This document shows positions 12,401 through 23,600 of a DNA stretch of 64,000 nt, in pieces. Within the stretch, counting starts at the first letter, position 1. Each line of letters begins with the position of its first letter. The position numbers were made by a program, and so were the translations under genes. The notes under the pieces were generated by a model. That model made no database searches. It saw only the letters and a list, made by a program, of their open reading frames with translations, and had not been told where the DNA came from. The stretch comes from Raillietiella orientalis (taxonomy: Eukaryota): positions 3,596,001 to 3,660,000 of the forward strand of contig JAYWIR010000014.1 of the NCBI GenBank assembly GCA_036172245.1, in the 5' to 3' direction.

Positions 12401-14320
12401 TTGAATAAGAGAGGAATTTTTCTTCGCTCTTAATTGCAAATGAAGCTTCTCTAGAATCCGGAATTTCATCTACGATCCCCTGCTCGCTTCCGTTCACGTC
12501 ACTACGAAGTCGTAGTTGACACTCCGTCAGAAAGAAAAATTCGTGGGAATTTATACGCCCCCCCTGTATTCTTTTCTCATTAGTAATTATTTCCAAAGAA
12601 TAGCGTTGCTAATTTTAGCTAAGGACTGATTTAGACATTACAAGTTGGACTAAACCAGAGAAGGTGGGAGAAAACTTCTTCCGACAAATTCATTAAAGCA
12701 ACTTTCTCACACACGTGTTTATCTCTGCCTGTTCTTCCTTTGAAGCAAATGCTTAAGATTTTCTGCCGATAACTTCCTCGTCTGCAATAATTTCATCTGA
12801 AATTTCTATCTGTTATTCTTGCCCTTAGTGAGAAAATCCCACGATGTCTGTTCCGGTGAATTCTTCTCTCATTTGGGTTGGGTTCTTCTGCTTTTCCAAA
12901 AACCCTTTTCATGCTGCTATGGGTGTCCATTGCTTACAAACTCGTCAGGTTTAATGATTATTCGTCATACTAGGTTCTCTATTTTATTCTATGAGATCAG
13001 TACCGCATGCTTTCTACTGATGAAACCATATGAGACTTTCAGAGGGGATTTGAAACTTGAGTATGTATATTATTCACAAGTATTTGTATGTGTTCATGTG
13101 CATATGGCGTGGCAGTGTGCTGGAGTGATGATATTTCAATCTCGTGCCACTACTACGATGGTGCTTGATATTTGGTTCTGCTCCCGAATCATGGTCAACT
13201 CCAGTTAACTCTAATGAAAGAACAAAGAACTGTGTCGCGGTCTGCTGGGGAAACCTGGGAGACGGAATTTGCACGTAATCGGGATCGGAATCGTGAGAGA
13301 ATGCATCAGTGTGTTCTCGGTGAATGCTTGTCTCACTTGTTGGAGCATTTTGGGCGATAGTGATTGCCGAGGGAGCACCAGAGTTTCTATTCTCTTAAGC
13401 TTCAAAGTCACCAAGAAACCACTGAGTGGCTCTTGCCATCGATGATCGTAAGAAAGAGTGCAACATTTCATGAGTAGAGAACACAAGAACACTTCTCTAT
13501 GCTCCTTTTTCCTCTTATGTACACAGAACTGGGATTTATACCAGCCAAATTGTTCACATGGGATGGAAATAATCAAAAGCGTAGTAATTCTTGCTGAAAA
13601 GAGTAAGTGGCTCAGCATGGGGGTCGGTTATGTTTAGTTTAAAATTGAATTCTTTAGATTCAAGTGCTGTACTATGCTTTGCTGACAGGCCCTTTTCCCT
13701 ATGCCTGCCTCTTCACGTGAAAGCAAATCCTTGAATTTTGCTAAAGTTTTCAGAATGGACATCCCTTCACAATGACCCTTGGTGGCGGGGACTTCATCCT
13801 AGGATTACATGAAGGCATGAAAGACATGTGTGTAAACGAGAAGCGCAGAATCATAATTCCTTACAGACTGGCCTTCGGTAAAAAAGGATTCCGCTCCGTT
13901 CCTCCAGGTAAGAGACCTCCAGTATTGTGGCGATTAATTTTTCCATTCGCATTTCGGCATTGCCCTGAAAGAAACGCCAGTGATCTACGAAGTAGATCTT
14001 GTAGAGATTCGTAAAGGAATACCCCCTCTGGTGTTTCCTAGCTTCGATGAGATCGACCTGAATGGGGATTATAAACTGGACAGGAGTGAAGTATGATGCT
14101 TATTTGACTTGGACCCTTGTTGAACATCTTCGAATTTCAGTATTATGTGTTCTTCGATAAAAAAAGACCTCAAAAGAGAGCTCCTTTTTCGGATGTGGAA
14201 ATTTACAGCATGATCGACACAGTATTTGCAGGTGAAGATCACAACAAGGACGGTCACATCTCGTATTCAGAATTCATGAGAAAGGTGAAGAAGCACCAGA
14301 ATACTAAAACTGAGCTTTGA
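9440..14320 (+). CDS. FKBP14: ER-luminal FKBP-type PPIase with two EF-hands (FKBP7/FKBP14 family), paralogue B, 214 aa
   Basis: Exons 9440-9624, 13747-13907, 13972-14090, 14141-14320. Signal peptide MSYLIFLIIFGG; CTRKTKAGNIITFHYIATFLNGSKFDSS|FQNGHPFTMTLG, MCVNEKRRIIIP, PPETPVIYEVDLV; EF-hands DLNGDYKLDRSE and DHNKDGHISYSE; C-terminal KTEL. Symbol is family-level only. Confidence 0.9.
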
Positions 14321-14881
14321 AGTCCCATATTTCATCGTGACAGCCCTTATCGCGAGAATTAAACCATAAATTGGTATTTGATCAAAATTTTCTTTGATTT
14401 GCTGTCATAAAGTCCAGCGGCCTGTTATCGAATTCAGATTAAACGGTCATGTCTGTCAAGAAAGGCATTCAAAAGAGCAAGTGCAAGAATGCATTTCATT
14501 ACAGTTCATTAAATTGGGTTGGCACGGTGCTAGTGAAAGATAAAATAATTGATCCAAATCGAAAACGATCTGTGCATTAATACAGCAGTTCATTTTCTTT
14601 GATTTTTTCTTCTTTCTAATCTCAGTCATCTAATAGACACCATGGCAGAAGAGTACAAATGTGTGCAGGAGTGCTTTTTACATCCTTCTGTCTCCCATTT
14701 TAATTTTGAATTTTCAGAAACATGGCTGCACTGTTTGTGTCTTAGCATTATCCAGTAACCAATTCAGCGCGTTTACTGAGCAGCGTTTGGTTTGGCGCGC
14801 GATTTTGTTCGTAACTGCGCGTCAAAGTTTGACGAGTGGCATGCAATTGAGCTCATTAAGTGAATTTGGGAATCCATCTGA

Positions 14882-15860
14882 ATGAAAAAGATATTTTTAT
14901 TCATGCAATTTATCGAGATATTGCAGAAAAATGTCCAAGATATGTGGGACAGAATTTATATTTACGGAACTTCCCTTCGTGCGTCCTTGAAAACTAATAG
15001 GCCAAGATATCCTACTTCCATAGATGAGATTCCTGAAACTTTAAAGCAAATATTATCACTCATCCCAGAAAAAAAAAATCAAATGAATATCAAGAATTAA
15101 TACCAATATCAATAACCGATTAAAAATATGCACATTTGAGGTTTGGATCCAACTCCCATCTAGTAACGGTACCTAGGTCACGTTTGTACTTGGTTAAACT
15201 ACACTTCTCTCCCTTTGTATATTTAGCAAGCATCTGAATCTACAAGGTGAAACACATATGATTCAAAAGGGAAGGACTCTGAATGTTTCATTTATACTAA
15301 GAGCTTCACTCTCTCATGTGACACGGCTCGTTGAAAACTGTATGAAAAACTCAGCAATTTTTTTTTTTTTTTTACTAATTTCAGGAAAACCAAGCGAGAT
15401 AAACGTGTCAAGCATTCCTAGAAGATCGGTGCATCTTATTTCCTTGATTTTTGGAATCATTTTGTTCTGTAACTGTTTTTATCGGTGGTTTGCAAACAGA
15501 AACCGCCATTATTCCGTTATTTCTTAGACCAACTCTCAAGACATGAAATTCGAATACTCGTTGCTGGAAGAGAAACCACAAATGACCTTGCTCCCTTCGC
15601 ACTGTTGAATTGACACAGGAGCTTTAGGCAATTCCGTTCAGCCTCTTTGCCCGTGATTTGTTGAGAAGTAAAACAAAACCCGATCCCTTTCATCATAGTT
15701 CATTCATTAGAATGAATGATTTTTTTCCTATTTCCCTTCAAAATACAAATGATCCTCAGCAGTTAAGATGCATCATCTCTTTACAAACATTTGCTCTCAT
15801 TCTAATAAAGAACTCAGTGAGATCTCTGAACCCTAGGAAACCAAATCTTCATTAATTCCA
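14882..15860 (+). mobile_element. Possible decayed Mutator/MULE transposase remnant
   Basis: Scattered colinear motif echoes: RASLKTNRPRYPTSIDEIPETL, GIILFC, LLRSKT, LNPRK. Many stops and frameshifts; weak. Confidence 0.25.
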
Positions 15861-16039
15861 CCGAAGACCCTCTGCAATTGAGAAATGTTGAAAAAACAAT
15901 CATAAAAAAACCCAGAAAGATGCTCTGCAAATGGCCCCCCAGATTTGTCTTACGCTCTGACGGTCTAATTCAGTTTTTTACCAGAACCAGTTGTTATTAA
16001 CTGATGTCTCCATGTTAAAGAGCGGAATGCATTGACGGA

Positions 16040-16350
16040 AACTGGACTCGCATACTAGCGAGCTCTCTGTCCCACGGATGTTATTCGGATGAAAAACGCA
16101 GATCGAACTCTCAGGGCAGTGCATCGGCTGAAGCCACATGATCCGTTGGTTACTCCCGAGAGCAGCACTCTACCAATTCAATGGGAAAGCAGCAGACGCT
16201 CTGGTCACTTGGAGACGACCCGTTCGAGAATGGCCAACCGATCAAATGCTTTCATTGAGAGCCGAAGAATTTCATCAAAACCATGACAGCTCCCAACCCT
16301 CAATACCAAAGACAGTTGGCTGGAATCGCATGGGGAAGAAGCTGGAAAAA
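16040..16350 (+). mobile_element. Decayed pogo/Tigger-like transposase (CENP-B-type HTH) remnant
   Basis: ADALVTWRRPVREWPTDQMLSLRAEEFHQNHDSSQPSIPKTVGWNRMGKK resembles the CENP-B HTH pattern (AL..W....R...P.....L...A.EF......GW..RFKK). No DDE domain or TIRs seen. Confidence 0.4.
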
Positions 16351-18651
16351 TCGTCGTGCGGTACGAAGTTTCGTCTCATGATCGTGCGTGTTCGATTGGA
16401 ATCATCATTCTGATCAACACTTTCACTTCATACTTGCAAATATTCACATCTTCCTCAATGGTGTTTTCCCAGGTCTTTTCTTGGATCCTCACTAAAAAGT
16501 GCAAGTGGCACTTTTTAGCGAAGGATAAGTTAGAATCAGAAAAGAGGTGCTGCCTCTGGACATCTTGATAGTAAACAGGAAAACTTCCACAGCAAAACAG
16601 CGCTTCCGTGTCGTTCGCAGAGAACACGAAACACGACGAGTAGTATGCAGCGCCCGTGGGAAATTTCGCTCCAGGGTTACCCTCTATCGGTTGCGGTGCA
16701 CATTTGCGAATTCTATTCCCGGTGCTTCCAAGCAAGTCAAACGCGCGGTCGACTTGGAGTACTTTTTCTTTTTTTCTTGCTGCCGAATGAATTCTCTTCC
16801 CGACTCTGGACAGGATAGTGACGTCCGGGATGCCGGCGGAAGAAAAAGGAAAAAAAATGCAGATGCAAAAAGGAGATACTGTCCAGAAAATCGTTTGACC
16901 TGGTCGATCGTTTACATAATTTTCACGGTTTTAGATCCATTCAAATGAATCTAAAATCCTCTTTGGGGATTTTAAACGGAAAAATTCTCACCGTGATTCA
17001 TTCTTGCACTGTGACCATCTATGAAGCGATCTATGGTGCATGCATGGGTTTGGAAAATTTATTTGATAAGATTTTCTGATAATTGTGATGAGTTTTTAAT
17101 TTGACCCAGAAACTTTCAGAGTCACTCTCTGCAAGGTTCTTTACCTACTTAAGGAAACATAGACTCTACGCAGATGAAAGTTTTTTTTTTTTTTCTCTCT
17201 GATTACATGATTCTCACGATAATTCATCGCAACATTGAAATTATTAATCAATTTTTTTTCAAATTAGCAGACATTTATAAATTTCGTGTTCGAATGAGCT
17301 CCCTTTTTTGGTTCAAATTATCACTTGTATGTGATGACTGTAATGCATCTTGTATTCTTCGGGTGTTGCACCACCTATAGACATTATGTTTTCAATTTCA
17401 AATCTCCAGATGTAAGCTACATTTCGAAAAGTCTGCTATAGAGTGCCTTATCACATTCTTTCATAGAACGATCTGTACATTTTTTTTTTGCTATGTTTTC
17501 AATCGTTCAACATTGAACTGATTCAATTCTTAAAAGTCGTGAAATTGGGAAGTTTACAACTGACTGCAATCATTCTTTGCATCCTTCCATGAGTTTCTCA
17601 TCAAAAGAAGAAACACGAAGTGTATTTTTTTATCTTCCAAGAGTAAGAGTATAGCGTGGTGGCCGGAGACCAGTTTTTGATCTCTGGTTCTCGCTCAAGC
17701 AGGTTGCGTGAACCGCGCGCAAGAACACGTAAAAAACACACACATTTTTCTTCGCACGCTGTTTTCCTCGTTCCCAACTGTTTTTTATTTTTAATATTTA
17801 GGAATGCATGTATCAATTTTATCCTTTTCGATTTCGTTTTCCTTAACCACAAGTGGGAATCGCTGAAACGTCCCATTACGATAGAGTTGTCAGCAGCCCC
17901 CCTGCAATCCATCTGCTGAATGGGCCTTCTTGTCTCGGGTCGAGCATCCTAAACGAAAGAACTTCTACTTTCAGAATTTGCAATTTGCTGCTGGCTACTA
18001 TCAAGGCCGCCGCTGCTGCTGTACGGTCATCACCTCCACGTAAATGTGAAAAAAACGAGCCCCGGTTTCTCCAGCTGTGAGTTCTCAATATGCCTATGCT
18101 GTGTTTGTCGGGCGACCATTTTCCGTGGGAGATGGCACAGATCTGTAGCAATCCGTCCAGGAAGCAACCAGCAAGGCTTTCGAGTTTCTTTATAAATGAA
18201 CAACTGAATGTTGCTATCGCATGCTGAGAATGCTTACCTTCGTTCTGATGCATAGGTAACAAAAATCATTTCAGAATACTAGCGAGAGTGTTCGTTTATG
18301 TACCATATTATGAGTCTTGTTTGTACAGAAAGTAATTCTTTTTACGTTGCCAGCACGTTACGTTTCTGTGTTTTTTGTCATGTTATGAGGTCGAAGGAAC
18401 TTTAAGGCAGGAATCATTTTAGGGTTATTAAAATGCCATATTTTAAAATAAAGCACTTGATCCAGCTTTGTGAATTTTAGTCAGTTTGCATTGCATTATG
18501 CACGTATAGGAGTAAAGTGCAGTGATTGTGATCATGCTGTAAAGAATGTTTCAATTAAGTCTTTTGTGAATGTATTTGCAAGACAAACCTTAAAACCCCC
18601 GTAATTTGTTCCAATTGATCAATTTAACAAGGATGGATACCCCTAAACATC

Positions 18652-20673
18652 ATGTTTAGGATTTTAAGAGAGAAAGTGCAAGCTGAAGCAAAAGAAAGGA
18701 GTGAAATCATTAAAACTCAAAAAGGCATTAATAGCCACACGTTGTTAAAAAGTACGCTCCGCCAAAACCGTGTTTATCAGGTAATTTAATTCAGAATTTG
18801 AATTCGTGTGCAACATTAGACAATTATTTTATTAGAAAAACGAAAGTACACCGTCATCTTCTCAAGATGATATTTCCGATTGTGAACAAAAGTGTATTGT
18901 GAGCCCAGGCAGAGGAATAACCGGTAATTAACATTAATTTCGGAAAAAGCAAAAAAATGCTTTCAATTCCAGAGAATCAGAAGCTTGACCGAAATGAATG
19001 TGATGAAGAAAACGGTGCCCCGAAGAATGATTTCCCAGAGGATTTAAATGTAAGGATTCATATAACAGATTTGCACTTAATTCAGAATTTACATTTACAT
19101 GTGATATAATAGATTTATGCAAGCAATTCAGAATTTAAATTTGCATGTAACAATAGATAATTATTTTATTAGAAAAAAGAAAAAACACAGTCATCTTGTT
19201 TTGGTGATTTTTCCAATAGTGAACAAAAGTGTAAAGTGAGTCCAAAAATAGGAATACTTGGTAATCAAAATTAAATTTGAAACCAAAAATTGCTTTTAAT
19301 TCTAGAGAATGAGAAGTTTAACCACAATGAATGTAATGAAGCAAATTGTACTCTGAAGAATGATTTGACACAGAATCCAAATGTAAGGATTGTTACAATA
19401 GATTTACACAAGTAATCTGATTTTAGCAATTTGGGATACTGAGCATTTTCATCACAGGTTTCATGGCAGCCATTTCTTATCATTATGTTTAATTCATGAT
19501 AAGAGATGGTTGCTTGGAGTTTTTGTTTGAGTGTTTGTTTGAGATAATCAATCTTTTCAGGAAGGATTAGATGAGGAACTCACTAATAAAGATGTGGGGT
19601 CTCCTGTAGCAAGTGGCTTTCTTGGCAGGTTTGATGCAATTTTTTTATTTGATTATGCTAAGAATGAAATAGCATAGAAAGTAAAAAGTCTGCAGACATG
19701 TATGATGTGTTCCAGCAGTTGAAAGAGAATCTTGTTCAGAAAGATGAAAAACTTTGTTCTCTTTTGAATGAGGTTTGTAATTAATGGAGATCAATATTAT
19801 GTGGAAAATTAATTACCTATTAGAAAGAAGAATTACTAAAGAAAAAGCAAGAGGTTGAAGAACAGCTAGGAGCCATAAAAAGAAAGTGGCAGAAACAAAT
19901 GATCCATTTAAATGAAGAGATCAAGAATCTGCATAGTGAGATTGCTCAGAAGCAACAACAGATTGTGTCTCTGAAGAATAGTGTGCATAAAGATGCATGT
20001 GATGTAGGAATCCAAGTGAGTGCAAGATTTTATTACCTTTATCTGTGCAGGTAACTCAAATTCTCTATTAAAGAATATTGTGTAATAGGTCTCTGGGGAG
20101 CAACCAATAACTCAAAAAAATCAGGAAGTCTCTTGTGATCTAATTAACAACACACCTATGGAAAATTATGTGACTTCAGAAGAAGTGCTTTCTCTGCAAT
20201 TACAGCTTAAAGAGTTGGAAGAGCAGTTACAGGAAAAAGACAAAGTAAATTGGTTTCTTCAGTAAACTTTATAGTTGTTTTAGTACCTTAGGATACAGCA
20301 GCAGCGGCTTTCTGATTTAAAGAAAATTATGCAGCGAGAACTAAGGCTTAAAGAGAGCTATTCTCCTGCTGGTGGTGCTTGCAGTGATTCTGAGTGCTCC
20401 CAGCGCCTGGTTCCAGCACCTTCTCTGTCTGCTTCCACTCCAGCTCTTCACCACAGCCAGGATCCTGTTGACATAAACACTCAATATTTAAAGCACGTTG
20501 TTTTCAAGTTTCTCACAGCCAAGGAGAGTGAAGTGAGTGGATATCAATATTTTGCCCCTTACTTCCTATAGGCACCACATCTTGTGCGAGCCATAGTCAC
20601 ATTGTTGCACTTGACTCCAGAAGAAGAATCACAACTCAGGGAGTTTCTCAAATGGAGGACATCTTGGTTTTAA
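18652..20673 (+). CDS. GOLGA1: Golgin-97-like coiled-coil GRIP-domain protein, ~441 aa
   Basis: Exons 18652-18780, 18836-18923, 18973-19049, 19173-19260, 19306-19382, 19561-19628, 19673-19772, 19824-20015, 20089-20244, 20284-20532, 20572-20673 form one open frame. N-terminus MFRILREKVQAE (cf. MFAKLKKKIAEE); coiled coils; GRIP domain DINTQYLKHVVFKFLTAKESEAPHLVRAIVTLLHLTPEEESQLREFLKWRTSWF. Confidence 0.88.
18789..19420 (+). repeat. Tandem duplication (~335-nt period) of a two-exon cassette within the golgin gene
   Basis: 18789-~19085 aligns with ~19126-19420 (e.g. ATTATTTTATTAGAAAAA, GTGAACAAAAGTGTA, GAAGAATGATTT, AAATGTAAGGATT in both copies). Exon sizes are 88+77 nt in both. Confidence 0.85.
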
Positions 20674-23600
20674 ATAGTTTTTAATTGACAAAATCCGAGT
20701 TTATAAGGTTTGTGCTTTGTGATCAGTATGGTTTATTCTTGCTAGGTCATGATGACTTGTGCCTATTGTTAAGTGCAGTTTGCCAACTGCATTTGCTCAT
20801 CTTTTAAAATACACTGATATTTTGGCATGCTTTGGCTGGTCACCCTATAAAATGCAAAGTTGCAGGTTGCTGCTGACAAATAATTTGCAGTCAGTGTGCA
20901 TTTATGAGTGAGCTTTATATTCAGAAAGACAAAAAAAGTTTGCATAATAAATCAGAGTCATAAAGGTGAAATCCAGGTGCTGAAGGCAAAAAGCCAAGAT
21001 TTTAGCATGGACTTATTTGTGTTGAATTTTTCGTAAGCATCACATACTTGATGCTTCAGAAATAGTCATTTATGCCATTGCATTGAATACAGGACTTTGG
21101 CTTTAGTAAATAAATAAGAGCTTTATTTATAGTTTTGTATTTGGAAAGAGCATGTGCAACAACCTGACTGGAGTCACTAAAAGATGCTGTAACAAATGTG
21201 CAAGAAAACATTCAGAATTAAGGAAAGTTTTCAATATATGTTAATATTAAAGCCTTTAATGGGAATTACAGCCAGTCTCAATAATAATCAATATAAAATG
21301 TGAAGTTTTCAAGTTTTAATTGCACTTGGGGTGTGCAAAATTAAATATTTTTAATGCGACTTGCTGTTATTTGTAAACTAGAATGTAGGTGTGACTCTGG
21401 ATAGATTGACAGAAGTAGTGAATGTTTTGTGCAGTAGTGTTGAGACTAATACCCTCCCCGACATAAGGAAGAATTTAAGGGACATATCACCCTTACTCAT
21501 GCTTGAAAGTTTCTCATCCACTCATGGGATTAGGCTGTGCATTACATAAGTGGGTGTACGGGTTTAGTTTCTGTGGTTGGTGCAACTTGAGAAGTCATCT
21601 TTCACATGTAAGACTCAATTTTCCATAGTTTTCCAAAAAGGAGCAGTCCTCTTACATGCGAAAGAACTGTAATACCGGTAGTGTATAGTCAACACGCTCA
21701 CTGTATCTAAAATTCAATTCATTATATCTGAATAAGTTAAACCGAGTTAATGTACAAGTAAAACAGAAGTAAAGATGAACAGTAAAGATGAACAAAAAGG
21801 TCTGGTTGTTGCGTAGGAACAATAAAAGAAACACCCCAGGGTGAAATTGAAATACAGGTCACAGCTACATTTGCCAACCCAAACTCTATTTTTTTTCACT
21901 TTATCGTGCAGGAATATGTTACAAGCTTTGCTTTTTTGAGGGCGCACGATCTACCGGTGTTCATGGCAACTAGCAGCAAAAATCGGAGATGCGATCAGTT
22001 TTTTCGAATTTTTTTTTCTTGTAAACATCTTAATTCAGTGTTCGTACAGCAAACAGCATCCAACAAAAATAATACGTAAGAGAAATGAAATCCTTTCTGT
22101 TTTTTCTCTCTAAATGCTTCGGATACATTTTATTCCTTCCCAATCTAGTAGACTCACAAAACAAATATAGCAGTAGTACTGTGGCCAAAACAAGGGTGGA
22201 ATTTCAGGTGTTGAGAAAATTTGTTCCTTGTTTAGTCCTAAGTAGAGAGCGATAATCTGCCTTACAGGGATTATGTTTTTCACCTGATTGTTAATTAAGC
22301 AATCCTTTTTTTCATTGGCAATGTAATTATGAAACGGTGAAGAAATCAAGTTCCCTTGTTCGATGAGGAAAAGTCATCTAGTAAATTAATTAGGAACTAG
22401 CTCGGCATAAATGAAACTAACACATCGTATCAAGCTGCCTTCACGTCAATGAGCCAAACCAAATGATGCAACTTTTTAGGGTCATGGCATATGATCTTCA
22501 GAATGTGATATCTTGTCTTAAGACATGCTAGTAGAAGGGGACTCCAATTTTCTTCGTCCGATACGAACATCTCCAGTTCCTGTTTTCGTTATTCTGCACC
22601 GAGTTTGTGAATAGATGGTTTGGAATAAGAGTACAGAGAGAGCTATTGTCTTCCTAAAATGAATTCCTCTATTGATATGTTTAGAGTTGTTTCTGATGTG
22701 TTCTCTCAAGGTTCGGAATCAACTGGTTTCTTGTGACTGAAATAATAATTCTTTCCCTGAAAACTACAAAGAGAAGCATAGCTCATCAGGCAACAAACAT
22801 TTTGATTCATTACTAATAGCGAGCTTCCCCATGAACAGGAATTGAATCTCTTTGAAGACATGACTCTTCAAGAATTTTCGGAATGTGACCGGAAGTCAGG
22901 ACTCTTCGTTGCATTGAGATGAAACCAAACTATTTTGAAAGCATGTTTAAAACCAAGATTTCTTTCAATGGCAGCTTTCGACTTTGGGAAGCAGATGCAA
23001 ATCGCAAAAAGCTTCTGAAAAGGGACTGGAAAACATAAGCCAGCAATCAGTCATAAGAATGTGTTTTCTTCAGGCCCTACTAAACTCACACGAGGAGTTT
23101 GAAAACTTGATGTGATGTGCTCTTTGGCCAGTTACCGTCACTTACACGAAATGGTTCGTGCTTGTCAAAGTTCCCGTTTCATCCTGATTCAATATACACA
23201 GTGGTTGCAGTTTGCTTTCCTTGATATGAATCAGTTCCACATTAGATCTACCAAACTAGATAAGCAGATTACCAAAAGTGAATTTTGCTCTTGTTAAGGT
23301 TGACCAATGGAACTTCCCGTCAATGAAAGCTTTGCCTTCGACCTAGAAGCAGCGAGACAGAGCCCCTGCTCACTCTGGAAGTGTGCTGACAATTATGAAC
23401 CGTTTCATTAGTATTCGACAGCGCCTGTGGAAGCAACTAAATTGCCTCAACCATTTCTGGAAGGGTAGCATTTCTGTGGACGAGAGGAAGCAGTTTTGTA
23501 TGCCTTAACTCTGGTTCTTATAAAGAGGCGAAGCATGAACTTGAAGATTCGGCCACTTTCCCATGAAGCATCCAAGGACGAAGAGAGTTTTCTTTCCTTT

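Noticed and set aside
10000..12600. Possible LINE endonuclease remnants in FKBP-B intron 1
   Set aside because: Only faint motif echoes (VVMG, YILINR); too weak to call.
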